From positions 1-31,765 of the forward strand of contig JAYZBQ010000030.1 of NCBI GenBank assembly GCA_036338695.1: a stretch of 31,765 nucleotides of DNA, given 5' to 3'. The notes under the pieces are model-generated. The model was not told the DNA's origin. It saw only the letters and a list, made by a program, of their open reading frames with translations, and did no database searches. The stretch comes from Myxococcota bacterium (GTDB lineage Bacteria; Myxococcota; UBA4151). Positions within the stretch are counted from its first letter, which is position 1, and each line of letters opens with the position of its first letter. Made by a program: the position numbers and the translations under genes. Positions 1-8,828 of the stretch are shown here, piece after piece.

Positions 1-114
1 GCCGGTGACCATAGCAACGGTGCCCGACCCGATCCCATCCCGAACTCGGAAGTCAAACCCGTTAGCGCCGATGGTACTGCAGCGCACGCTGTGGGAGAGT
101 AGGACGTCGCCGGC
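1..114 (+). rRNA. rrf: 5S ribosomal RNA
   Basis: Conserved 5S motifs CCCGATCCCATCCCGAACTCGGAAGT, GCGCCGATGGTACT and GGGAGAGTAGG. The 5' GCCGGTGAC pairs with the 3' GTCGCCGGC. Confidence 0.96.
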
Positions 115-126
115 TTCCTTTCCTCA

Positions 127-165
127 ACGAAACGTCAGCAAACAAGCTGGCGTTTCGTCTTTTTT
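127..165 (+). terminator. Intrinsic terminator after 5S rRNA
   Basis: 13-bp stem ACGAAACGTCAGC (127-139) / GCTGGCGTTTCGT (146-158) with one G-U pair, followed by CTTTTTT. Confidence 0.85.
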
Positions 166-259
166 GTCTATTCAATACCTTGGGTAGAACTTCTTGCGAA
201 AGCACTTGAAACGAATTTAGACAGCGCTCGGTGGGTGCAAACCATCCTAGGGGACGCTG

Positions 260-1051
260 ATGATGGTCCGTTTCACGGGCGCAAGCCTGTTTGCTTGGAT
301 GCTCTGTTCGGCTGACCTCGCTGAGGCCAGCTGCGGTCTGGATCAATGCCCGAGCGATTGGGTGCTTAAAGCCAATTCGAGCACGACGCTGACCTCGATG
401 ACCCGTCTGACGCAGTCAGCTCTGGGAACCTATCTCGAGGAGTTCGTCGGGGTACGGACTCAGCTTCCGTGGGGGCTCCGCGGCGGCTTAGCAGCTCCCT
501 TACTTTACGTGACCCAGCTGGATGCATCGTACGCAGGGCTGGGCAACCTAGTGGCTGTGCTTGACTACAGCCCGAAGGCGCTGTCGCAAGTCGGCCTTGC
601 GCTCGGTCTCCAAGCGGAGCTTCCAAGCGCAAGCGCGCCGCAGCTCGGTGACGGTCATGTGGTGCTCTTGCCGTATGCACGTGGCTGGTGGAAGCGAGGC
701 GCATGGGATGCCCGGGGGCAGTTTGGCTGGGGAGTGGTCGCTGAGGGTGGGCACCACCACCATGACCATGACCACGGCGCAGCGGATGCTGTCTCGATCG
801 TCAACCCGCACACCCAAAGCGAGCTGTTGATGCGTGGTAGCGCAGGGTTTGAAGCCATCGCTGAGTTCACCTTACGGCTTGGTCTGGACGCCGTGCTCGA
901 GCTTGACGGGGCAGAGCAACTCTACGCAGGCACCGTGGCGATCGAGCGCAGTTGGACGCAGCTGTCGGTCGGTCTGGTCGGTGAGCTGCCCCTGACGGAG
1001 CGTCGTCGGCACGATTTCCGAGGGCGCCTGATCATCGATTGGCGTCTGTAA
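260..1051 (+). CDS. Exported, probably outer-membrane beta-barrel protein with a His-rich loop
   Basis: Signal-like N-terminus ending AEA, then CGLDQC. Alternating amphipathic strands, an HHHHDHDH loop and the C-terminus IIDWRL. Confidence 0.6.
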   Translation: MMVRFTGASLFAWMLCSADLAEASCGLDQCPSDWVLKANSSTTLTSMTRLTQSALGTYLEEFVGVRTQLPWGLRGGLAAPLLYVTQLDASYAGLGNLVAVLDYSPKALSQVGLALGLQAELPSASAPQLGDGHVVLLPYARGWWKRGAWDARGQFGWGVVAEGGHHHHDHDHGAADAVSIVNPHTQSELLMRGSAGFEAIAEFTLRLGLDAVLELDGAEQLYAGTVAIERSWTQLSVGLVGELPLTERRRHDFRGRLIIDWRL

Positions 1052-1053
1052 AG

Positions 1054-2247
1054 GTGACTGACTCCGGAGGGCGCTGTGTCGATGTCCTGATCATTGGAGC
1101 CGGTGCAGCCGGGATGATGTGCGCCATGGAAGCGGGGCGTCGCGGTCGGTCGGTCGTCCTGCTTGAGAAAGCCAAGCTTCCTGGCCGCAAGATCAGGATC
1201 TCGGGGGGCGGTCGCTGCAATTTTACCAACCTGAACGCACAGCCCGAGCATTATGTCTCGAAGAACCCAAGGTTCTGCATCTCGGCGCTTAGCCGATATC
1301 GACCTGAAGACTTCGTCGCTTGGGTAGATTCGGCGGGGATTGCCCATCATGAAAAGACGCAAGGGCAACTGTTTTGTACTGGCTCGGCTCAAGAGATCGT
1401 CGACCTGCTCGTCAGCGGCTGCGAGGAGGCCGGCGCTCGCATCATTTGTCGCGCCGATGTGCAGCGCGCCCGGCGCACGGAGACTGGGTTTGAGGTGATG
1501 ACCCAGGATCAGGTCTGGTCATGCCGCTCGTTGGTCGTTGCGTGCGGGGGGCCTTCCATCCCCAAGATGGGCGCTACGCGACTCGGCTATGGCATCGCCG
1601 ATCACTTCGGGTTGCACGTCATCGAGCCGCGTGCGGCGCTCGTCCCACTCACATTTGAGGGTGCGTTGTTGAGGATGATGTCCGATCTAAGCGGTGTGTC
1701 GTTACGCTGCGCCGTGGCGTGCGGTAAGGCGCGCTTCGTCGATGATGTCTTGTTCACCCACCGTGGGTTGAGCGGACCGGCTGTCCTTCAAATTTCCACC
1801 TTTTGGCGTCCTGGTCTGTCTGTGACCTTTGATCTCTTGCCCGGGCGTGACGTCGCTGAGTTGGTCGCTGAGCAGCGGGCACGGGACCCGAAGATGCGCC
1901 TCGAGAAGCTCATGGGGCAGTGGCTGCCCGCTCGCCTCGGGCAAGCGATCCTCGAGGAACTCGGGCTGTCGGGCCGCATCGCAGAGATCAGCCGAAAGCG
2001 GATCGAGGAACTCGCCGCCCGCGTCCACGCTTGGTCGGTGACGCCGGCGGGCACCGAGGGCATGCGAACCGCCGAGGTGACGGTCGGCGGGGTCGACACG
2101 CGGGCTGTGTCGCCCAAAACCTTTGAGGTGAAGTCGGTTCCGGGGCTCTATTTTATCGGTGAGGTCCTCGACGTCACCGGTCAGCTCGGTGGCTACAACT
2201 TTCAGTGGGCTTGGGCTTCAGGGCACGCCTGCGGTCAGGTGGTTTGA
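1054..2247 (+). CDS. HI0933/YhiN (BaiN-like) family flavoprotein
   Basis: IIGAGAAG Rossmann motif, GRKIRISGGGRCNFTN, LFTHRGLSGPAVL, AEVTVGGV, GEVLDVTGQLGGYNFQWAWASG. Start placed at GTG 1054 (ORF track uses TTG 1039). Confidence 0.92.
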   Translation: MTDSGGRCVDVLIIGAGAAGMMCAMEAGRRGRSVVLLEKAKLPGRKIRISGGGRCNFTNLNAQPEHYVSKNPRFCISALSRYRPEDFVAWVDSAGIAHHEKTQGQLFCTGSAQEIVDLLVSGCEEAGARIICRADVQRARRTETGFEVMTQDQVWSCRSLVVACGGPSIPKMGATRLGYGIADHFGLHVIEPRAALVPLTFEGALLRMMSDLSGVSLRCAVACGKARFVDDVLFTHRGLSGPAVLQISTFWRPGLSVTFDLLPGRDVAELVAEQRARDPKMRLEKLMGQWLPARLGQAILEELGLSGRIAEISRKRIEELAARVHAWSVTPAGTEGMRTAEVTVGGVDTRAVSPKTFEVKSVPGLYFIGEVLDVTGQLGGYNFQWAWASGHACGQVV

Positions 2248-3777
2248 ATGACGGCTGAGATCGCGCTCGTCGCAGTGAACGCACGCTATCAGCACTCAAG
2301 TTTTGGCATGCGCTATCTGCAAGCCAACCTCGCTGAGCTCGAGGAGCGCTCCCAGTTGATGGAGTTTACCATCAACGAGCGAGCCGTCGATATGGCGGAG
2401 AAAATCGTCGGCGCAGAGCCGAAGGTCGTCGGGATCGGAGTCTACATCTGGAACGTTGACGTGGTCCAGCGGCTGGTGCGGATCGTACGTCAGATTCGCC
2501 CTGATGTATCGATCGTCCTCGGCGGGCCAGAGGTCAGCTATGAGCAGGAACAGCAGGCGTGGCTCAAGGACGCCGACTACGTGATCTGCGGGGAGGGGGA
2601 GGAGGCGTTCTTGCTGCTGTGTCGGCAGCTCTTGTCGGGCGATCGTCCGGCGCTTCGCCTCCTCCAGGGTACCTCGCCCGGTATGGATCGACTGGTGATG
2701 CCTTACCGGCTGTACAGCGACGAGGACATCGCCACTCGGGTGATCTACGTTGAGGCGTCTCGAGGCTGTCCGTACCTGTGCGCGTTCTGTCTCTCGTCGC
2801 TTGATCAGAAGATGCGCGAGGTCGACCTGGATCCATTTTTCGCCGAGATGGAGACCTTGCTTGCGCGCGGGACCTTGGGGTTCAAGTTCATCGATCGAAC
2901 CTTTAATTTGAGCGCGCCGTTCGCTCTGCGGGTGCTCGATTTCTTCTACCAGCGGATGCGCCCGGGGCTGAACCTGCACTTTGAGATGGTGCCCGAGCGC
3001 TTGCCTCCTGAGCTGATCGCATCGTTGGCTCGTTTTCCGGCGGGTGTCGTCCAGCTTGAGGTGGGTGTTCAAACGCTCAACAAAGCGGTCGCCAAGCGGA
3101 TCAGCAGGCCGCTCAAGGTCGAGCCTCTGCGGCGCAACATCGCAGCGCTCAAGGCGGAGACGCAGGTTCACCTGCACGTTGATCTGATCGCAGGTCTCCC
3201 AGGTGAAGGGGTGGCGAGTTTTGCGCAGGGCTTTGATCAGCTCCACGCGCTGGAGCCTCACGAGATTCAACTGGGCATCTTAAAGCGGCTCAAAGGGACG
3301 CCTATTACCCGCCACACCGAGGGCTTCTCCATGGTCTACAGCGCCAGCGCGCCCTTCGAGGTCTTGCAGACCGCAGACGTTAGCTTTGAGGAGCTTCAGG
3401 CGATCAAGCGCTTTGCCCGGTATTGGGACATCGTGGTCAACAACGGTCAGTTTCCATCGGCGAGTCAGTTGATCTGGCGCGAGCAGCCTTCGGTTTACCA
3501 AGCGTTCGCCGAATTCACGCAGTGGCTCTTCGAGCGAAGCGGTCGAACGAACCACATCAGCTTGCTCAAGCTCGCCGAGTACCTGCTCGATTTCGCTATG
3601 GAGCGGCGAGGGCTCATCGAGGCGGAGGCTGCGAAGGTGCTGATAAGCGACTTGACCCGGATGGGGGGGCGCCGTCTGCCCAAGCGACTGCAACCGTATG
3701 AGCACCTTCTGCCGCGCCGAGAGCGGCCGGAGCCGGTCAAGGGGCTCAAACGACAGCAGCGGCATCTGCGGACCTGA
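2248..3777 (+). CDS. B12-binding domain radical SAM protein (DUF4080-type C-terminus)
   Basis: N-terminal cobalamin-binding-like domain (GVYIWN, LGGPEVS, GEGE), YVEASRGCPYLCAFC (CxxxCxxC), FIDRTFN, HVDLIAGLP, QLGILKRLKGT. Abuts the upstream stop codon. Confidence 0.88.
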   Translation: MTAEIALVAVNARYQHSSFGMRYLQANLAELEERSQLMEFTINERAVDMAEKIVGAEPKVVGIGVYIWNVDVVQRLVRIVRQIRPDVSIVLGGPEVSYEQEQQAWLKDADYVICGEGEEAFLLLCRQLLSGDRPALRLLQGTSPGMDRLVMPYRLYSDEDIATRVIYVEASRGCPYLCAFCLSSLDQKMREVDLDPFFAEMETLLARGTLGFKFIDRTFNLSAPFALRVLDFFYQRMRPGLNLHFEMVPERLPPELIASLARFPAGVVQLEVGVQTLNKAVAKRISRPLKVEPLRRNIAALKAETQVHLHVDLIAGLPGEGVASFAQGFDQLHALEPHEIQLGILKRLKGTPITRHTEGFSMVYSASAPFEVLQTADVSFEELQAIKRFARYWDIVVNNGQFPSASQLIWREQPSVYQAFAEFTQWLFERSGRTNHISLLKLAEYLLDFAMERRGLIEAEAAKVLISDLTRMGGRRLPKRLQPYEHLLPRRERPEPVKGLKRQQRHLRT

Positions 3778-3867
3778 TAGTTCAGCAATCCTGTTCTTTG
3801 TGATCAAAACGTATCGTTATTATTATTCGTAAGTTGCCTCTAGTGTGCTCGTCGTTAGGAGCTCGCT

Positions 3868-3972
3868 ATGAACGCCATCACGATGAATGAAGTGACGATG
3901 AACGGTGTGACCATGAACGGGGTCACCATGAACGGCGTGACCATGAATGGGGTCACGATGAATGAGATTAAC
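3868..3972 (+). repeat. Seven tandem 15-nt repeats (consensus ATGAAYGGNGTSACS)
   Basis: ATGAA recurs at 3868, 3883, 3898, 3913, 3928, 3943 and 3958. Confidence 0.95.
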
Positions 3973-4011
3973 TCGGGCAGCATCCGCATTATCGGCGGGA
4001 CCCTGACCTGA
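3868..4011 (+). CDS. Putative ilv operon leader peptide, 47 aa: [47 protein letters not shown]
   Basis: AGGAG Shine-Dalgarno at 3857-3861, ATG at 3868, TGA at 4009-4011. Differences among the four MNGVT repeats are all synonymous in this frame. Rich in Val, Ile and Thr, and lies directly upstream of ilvD. Confidence 0.8.
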   Translation: MNAITMNEVTMNGVTMNGVTMNGVTMNGVTMNEINSGSIRIIGGTLT

Positions 4012-4102
4012 GACCACTCGCCCTCTAACCGAGGGTAACCCACACAACGTGCTCAGGTCGGCGTCCCTTACGGGGAGCATGGACCGAGCGCTTTGTCTTG
4101 TT
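3997..4102 (+). promoter_or_regulatory. Transcription attenuator (mutually exclusive antiterminator and terminator)
   Basis: Antiterminator GGGACCCTGACCTGAG (3997-4012) pairs with CTCAGGTCGGCGTCCC (4052-4067): 14 Watson-Crick pairs, 1 G-U, 1 mismatch. The same 4049-4068 arm alternatively pairs with 4072-4091 to form a hairpin followed by TTTGTCTTGTT (4092-4102). Confidence 0.78.
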
Positions 4103-4171
4103 CCGTGTCTCTCCAAGCGCCCGCTCATGAAGAGCGAAGGACGCCATCTGACACACGATACGGAGCAAGCT

Positions 4172-5899
4172 ATGTCGAGCGACGACTTACGCCATAACCC
4201 CTCGAGAGCCCCTGCACGCGCCATGCTGCGCGGGGCAGGCTTGACCGATGAGGACCTCGCTAAACCCCTAGTAGCTGTCTTTAACACGTGGACCGAGATG
4301 ACCCCCTGCAACGTGCACCTGCGATCGCTCGCAGCGCATGTAAAGCGAGGGGTGCGCGACGCCGGTGGGACGCCGGTCGAGTTCAACGCCATCGCCGTGA
4401 GCGACGGCATCACGATGGGGACCGAGGGCAGGCGCGCCTCCCTCATGAGCCGTGAGCTCATCGCAGACTCGGTGGAGCTAGCCGTCGGCGCGCATGAGTT
4501 TGACGCAGCGATCGGTTTGGTGGGGTGCGACAAGACCATCCCGGGGACGTTGATGGGGCTCGGGCGGGTCAACCTGCCGAGTCTGGTGCTCTACGGCGGG
4601 AGCATCGCGCCGGGGCGCTACCGTGGGCGTGACGTCAGCATCCAAGATGTCTTTGAGGGCGTCGGCGCCCTGGCAAAAGGTGTCATCAACGGCGACGACT
4701 TGCTCGAGCTTGAGCGCAGCGCCTGCCCAGCAGCCGGCGCGTGCGGGGGGCAGTTTACAGCCAACACCATGGCGACCGCTATGACCTTCATGGGGATGTC
4801 CCCGATGGGCGCCAACGACCTACCGGCGCTGGACCCGAACAAGCCGCAAGCCGCTCGAGCCTGCGGAGCGCTGGTCATGGACCTGCTCGCTCGAGGCTGT
4901 CGCCCGCGTGATCTGGTGAGCCTGGAGGCTCTAGACAACGCCGCCGCTTCGGTCGCGGCGACCGGTGGGTCAACCAACGCCGTGCTGCATCTGCTCGCCA
5001 TCGCTCGTGAGTTCGACCTGCCGTTTGATCTGCAACGCTTCGAGCGTGTCAGCGCCCGCACGCCGGTGCTCGCTGATCTCAAGCCCGGTGGGCGTTTTCT
5101 GGCGACGGACTTTCACCGTGCGGGCGGCACGGCGCTGCTGGCCCAGCGACTCGACGCCGTTGGGCTCCTGAGCGACCAGCCCACCGTCACAGGTGAGCGA
5201 CTAAGCGAGCTCGCCGCCCAAGCGGGTGAGGCACCGGGGCAAGTGGTGATTCGTCCGGTGAGTGAGCCGGTCAAGCCGCATGGCAGCCTCGCCATTCTCA
5301 CGGGGAGTTTGGCACCTCATGGCTGCGTGGTGAAGCTGTCGGGGCATGGCACGACCTACCACCGAGGGCCGGCGCGCGTCTTCGACAGCGAGGAGGCAGC
5401 CTTTGCGGCCTTGCAAGGCGGCGCCATTGAGCCCGGGGACGTCATGGTCATCCGGTTTGAGGGACCCAAGGGCGGTCCCGGTATGCGGGAGATGCTGGCG
5501 GTGAGCGCAGCCCTGATCGGTCAAGGGTTAGGGGATTCGGTCGCTCTGATCACCGACGGTCGCTTCAGCGGAGCGACTCATGGGCTGATGGTGGGACATG
5601 TCGCGCCTGAAGCCGCCGTCGGTGGACCGATCGCACGGGTGCGGGACGGTGACCTCGTGACGCTCGACGTGACCCGGCGACGGCTCGATGTGGACGCTGA
5701 TCTCACCCGCCGCCAGGCGGCGACGCCGCCCGCAGACAAGCCGAAGCTCAAGGGCGCCTACGCCAAGTACGCAGCCTTGGTCTCCTGCGCATCGCAAGGC
5801 GCCGTGACCGCCTTTCCTGATCCTTCACTTCTTCCCACTTCCCACGGCGCTGAGCGCCAGAAACGGAGCGACCATGAAAACCTTGTATACGACGCGTGA
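4172..5899 (+). CDS. ilvD: Dihydroxy-acid dehydratase
   Basis: [54 protein letters not shown] and GHVAPEA motifs. GGAG at 4162 supports ATG 4172 over the track's GTG 4049, which lies inside the attenuator. Confidence 0.96.
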   Translation: MSSDDLRHNPSRAPARAMLRGAGLTDEDLAKPLVAVFNTWTEMTPCNVHLRSLAAHVKRGVRDAGGTPVEFNAIAVSDGITMGTEGRRASLMSRELIADSVELAVGAHEFDAAIGLVGCDKTIPGTLMGLGRVNLPSLVLYGGSIAPGRYRGRDVSIQDVFEGVGALAKGVINGDDLLELERSACPAAGACGGQFTANTMATAMTFMGMSPMGANDLPALDPNKPQAARACGALVMDLLARGCRPRDLVSLEALDNAAASVAATGGSTNAVLHLLAIAREFDLPFDLQRFERVSARTPVLADLKPGGRFLATDFHRAGGTALLAQRLDAVGLLSDQPTVTGERLSELAAQAGEAPGQVVIRPVSEPVKPHGSLAILTGSLAPHGCVVKLSGHGTTYHRGPARVFDSEEAAFAALQGGAIEPGDVMVIRFEGPKGGPGMREMLAVSAALIGQGLGDSVALITDGRFSGATHGLMVGHVAPEAAVGGPIARVRDGDLVTLDVTRRRLDVDADLTRRQAATPPADKPKLKGAYAKYAALVSCASQGAVTAFPDPSLLPTSHGAERQKRSDHENLVYDA

Positions 5900-6890
5900 C
5901 GTCCAAACCGCCTTACTCACCGACGCAGCGATTGCGGTGGTCGGCTACGGCAGCCAAGGCGCTGCGCAAGCGAAGAACCTGCGCGACGCAGGGCACAATG
6001 TTCGGCTCGGACTACGACCAGACGGCGCCAGCTGGGCGCGCGCACAGGCCGACGGCTGGTCACCGCTGCCCGTCGCCGAGGCGGTGACGGACGCCGACGT
6101 GGTGGTGATGCTCGTCGCCGACATGGTGCAGCCCGAGGTCTTCGAGCGCTCGGTCAGTCGACACCTCAAGCCAGGCTCGCTGTTGCTCTTTAGCCACGGG
6201 TTTAATGTGCACTACCGGCAGCTGATCCCGCCGAGCGACGTGGACGTCGCCTTGGTGGCGCCCAAGTCACCCGGCGCGCTCGTTCGGTCTCAGTTTGTGG
6301 TCGGGCGCGGCGTGCCGTGCCTGCTGGCTGTGCATCAAGACGCAACCGGGACAGCGCACGAGCGGGCGCTCGCTTACGCCCACAGCCTCGGAGGCACCCA
6401 CGCAGGCGTGCTGCGCACCACCTTCGCCGAGGAGACCGAGACGGACCTGTTTGGTGAACAGGCCGTTCTGTGCGGCGGCGTGACCGAGCTGGTCCGCGCC
6501 GGCTTTGAGACCCTGGTCGACGCCGGCTACAACCCCGATGTGGCGTATTTTGAGTGCCTCCATGAGCTCAAGTTGATCGTCGACTTGCTCTACGAGGGGG
6601 GCTTCAAGCGGCTGCACCACGACGTCAGCGAGACTGCGTGTTTTGGTGACCTGACGCGTGGCCCACGGATCGTCGACCAAGAGACGCGGCAGCGGATGCG
6701 GGATGTGCTCGATGAGATCCGGTCAGGGCAGTTTGCGCGTGAGTGGATGCGTGAGCACCGCTCAGGTCGAGCCCGCTACGACGCCCTCATGGAAGCCGAC
6801 GTCAACCACCCGATGGAGGAGGTCGGCGACCGCCTCAGGGCGCGCATGAGCTGGCTCCACGATGGCGCCGAGCAGGCGGAGGTCGCATGA
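5874..6890 (+). CDS. ilvC: Ketol-acid reductoisomerase (short form)
   Basis: [39 protein letters not shown] and [15 protein letters not shown]. Confidence 0.97.
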   Translation: MKTLYTTRDVQTALLTDAAIAVVGYGSQGAAQAKNLRDAGHNVRLGLRPDGASWARAQADGWSPLPVAEAVTDADVVVMLVADMVQPEVFERSVSRHLKPGSLLLFSHGFNVHYRQLIPPSDVDVALVAPKSPGALVRSQFVVGRGVPCLLAVHQDATGTAHERALAYAHSLGGTHAGVLRTTFAEETETDLFGEQAVLCGGVTELVRAGFETLVDAGYNPDVAYFECLHELKLIVDLLYEGGFKRLHHDVSETACFGDLTRGPRIVDQETRQRMRDVLDEIRSGQFAREWMREHRSGRARYDALMEADVNHPMEEVGDRLRARMSWLHDGAEQAEVA

Positions 6891-8617
6891 CCACGCTGCG
6901 ATCACCCGGCGCTCAGCAGCGCCAGCTGACCGGTGCTCAGGTGGCGCTGGAGATCATGAAGTCGGAAGGGGTGGACGTCGTCTTTGGCTACCCTGGTGGC
7001 GCCATCCTGCCGATGTATGATGCGCTCCACGGCTCGGATCTGCGGCATATCCTGTGCCGTCACGAGCAGGGCGCTGCGCTGGCGGCCAATGGTTATGCGC
7101 AGGCAACCGGTCAGGTCGGTGTCTGCATCGCAACCTCTGGCCCCGGCGTGACCAACCTGGTCACGGGCTTGGCGGATGCGCTGTTGGATTCGGTGCCGAT
7201 GGTGGCGCTGACGGGGCAGGTGTCGACCGCTGTGTTAGGCACCGACGCTTTCCAGGAGGTGGATACGCTCGGGCTCACGATGCCGGTCGTCAAACACGGG
7301 TTCTTGGTCGAGCGGGTCGCCGATATCCCGCACGTCCTGCGTGAGGCCTTCCGGGTCGCCCGCTCTGGGCGACCCGGTCCTGTCGTGGTCGATCTTCCCA
7401 AAGATGTTCAAGCGGCGAGCTTGCGCTGGCGACCCAGCCCGGTGGTCCAGCTCAGCGTCCATAAAGTGCCTAACTCGATGCCGATCCCACGCGCCCGTCT
7501 CGGCGCCGCGGTGCAGCTGATCCGGCGCGCCAAGCGGCCGCTGGTTTATGCCGGAGGCGGCGTGGGTATGGCGGGTGCGGTGGAGCTCTTTCGCCGGTTT
7601 GTCCGGCAAACGCAGACGCCGACGGTGACGACGCTTAAAGCCATTGGGCTGATGCCGCCCGACGAGCCGCTCGGTATGGGGATGTTGGGGATGCACGGGC
7701 TCGAACATGCCAACAAGGCGGTCCAGCGCTGCGACCTCCTCATCGCGCTTGGGGCTCGATTCGACGATCGCGTGACCGGAAAGCTCGAGGGCTTTGCGCC
7801 CCACGCACGCGTCCTACACATCGACATCGACGCCGCTGAGCTTGGCAAGGTGCGCGCCGCCGATGTAGGGATCTGTGCCGACCTCAAACCGGCGCTGCGT
7901 CAGCTGAACGACCAGCTCACGGAGCCGCTAGCCGTGGATGCGTGGCGCCGCGAATGTGCCGAGCTCAAAGCCGAGCACGCATGGGACTACGAGCCGCCCT
8001 TTGACGCCATCTACGCGCCGCGCCTGCTGCGTGACCTCTCGGCGGCGCAAGGAGCTACCGGCGTGCTGACCTGCGACGTCGGTCAGCATCAGATGTGGGT
8101 GGCACAACACTGCGGCGTTCACCATCCGACGAACCATCTCAGCAGCGGGGGACTCGGGACCATGGGCTTTGGTTTGCCGGCGGCGATCGGTGCTCAACTC
8201 GGCCGCCCGGCAGCGAGCGTGATCAACGTCACCGGCGACGGCTCGATCATGATGAACCTGCAGGAGCTCGCAACCATCGGTCGGTACCGGCTGCCGGTTA
8301 AGATCGTCTTATTGGACAACTCAAGCCTTGGGATGGTCCGTCAATGGCAGCAGCTCTTCCTCGGTGAGCGCTACAGCGAGACCGACCTGAGCGATAACCC
8401 TGACTTTGTTCAGGTGGCGCGCGCTTTTGGCTTCACCGCCTTCGCCATCGAGCGACGCGCCGAAGAGGCGCTCGCGATCGAGACCTTACTGCAGACGCCG
8501 GGGCCGGTGCTTGCGCACGTTCGGCTCGACCCGCGCGCGAACGTCTGGCCGATCGTCCCGCCGGGAGCAGACAACTCAACGATGTGGAAGGAGCCACGCG
8601 ATGAACGTGCGGCTTGA
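6887..8617 (+). CDS. ilvG: Acetolactate synthase large subunit (isozyme II-like)
   Basis: FGYPGGAILP, CRHEQGA, TSGPG, GARFDDRVTGKL, DVGQHQMW, TPP motif GDGS..MN and LGMVRQWQ. Followed by an IlvM-sized ACT subunit. ilvG versus ilvB is a judgement call. Confidence 0.9.
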   Translation: MTTLRSPGAQQRQLTGAQVALEIMKSEGVDVVFGYPGGAILPMYDALHGSDLRHILCRHEQGAALAANGYAQATGQVGVCIATSGPGVTNLVTGLADALLDSVPMVALTGQVSTAVLGTDAFQEVDTLGLTMPVVKHGFLVERVADIPHVLREAFRVARSGRPGPVVVDLPKDVQAASLRWRPSPVVQLSVHKVPNSMPIPRARLGAAVQLIRRAKRPLVYAGGGVGMAGAVELFRRFVRQTQTPTVTTLKAIGLMPPDEPLGMGMLGMHGLEHANKAVQRCDLLIALGARFDDRVTGKLEGFAPHARVLHIDIDAAELGKVRAADVGICADLKPALRQLNDQLTEPLAVDAWRRECAELKAEHAWDYEPPFDAIYAPRLLRDLSAAQGATGVLTCDVGQHQMWVAQHCGVHHPTNHLSSGGLGTMGFGLPAAIGAQLGRPAASVINVTGDGSIMMNLQELATIGRYRLPVKIVLLDNSSLGMVRQWQQLFLGERYSETDLSDNPDFVQVARAFGFTAFAIERRAEEALAIETLLQTPGPVLAHVRLDPRANVWPIVPPGADNSTMWKEPRDERAA

Positions 8618-8828
8618 GATCCAGCTGGCGAACAAGCCCGGGGCGCTGGTGCGCGTCCTCGGGCTCGCCGAGCGGCGTGGGTTTGCGCCCTTTCGCGTGC
8701 AGGCGGCTCCCTTCGGGCCGACCACGCAGATGGTGCATTTGACGGTCAGCGACGACCGGCCGGTCGAGCAGTTGGTTCGACAGATTCAGAAACTTTATGA
8801 CGTACGACACGTGGAGCGAAGACGATGA
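8601..8828 (+). CDS. ilvM: Short ACT-domain acetolactate synthase regulatory subunit (IlvM-like, 75 aa)
   Basis: MNVRLEIQLANKPGALVRVLGLAERRGF...EQLVRQIQKLYDV. AGGAG precedes ATG 8601. Confidence 0.85.
   Translation: MNVRLEIQLANKPGALVRVLGLAERRGFAPFRVQAAPFGPTTQMVHLTVSDDRPVEQLVRQIQKLYDVRHVERRR

Noticed and set aside
1..114. Orphan 5S rRNA
   Set aside because: The window starts at the 5S gene, so upstream 16S/23S genes cannot be assessed.
5..187. 60-aa ORF
   Set aside because: It is the translation of the 5S rRNA and its terminator.
3778..3850. Specific promoter or operator call in the AT-rich gap before the leader
   Set aside because: Probably the promoter region (TAGTGT at 3841, TTA repeats), but no convincing -35 box or operator palindrome could be assigned.
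3868..3972. 15-nt periodic repeats as a CRISPR array or iterons
   Set aside because: No spacers, the unit is too short, there are no cas or rep genes, and the variation is synonymous in one reading frame.
3780..4170. T-box riboswitch upstream of ilvD
   Set aside because: No TGGNACC T-box bulge or Stem I motifs seen. The leader ORF plus overlapping helices explain the region.
3823..4572. Minus-strand ORFs 3855-4043 (MVTPF repeats) and 3823-4572
   Set aside because: Antisense shadows of the leader repeat and ilvD. The plus-strand ORF has the SD and the operon context.
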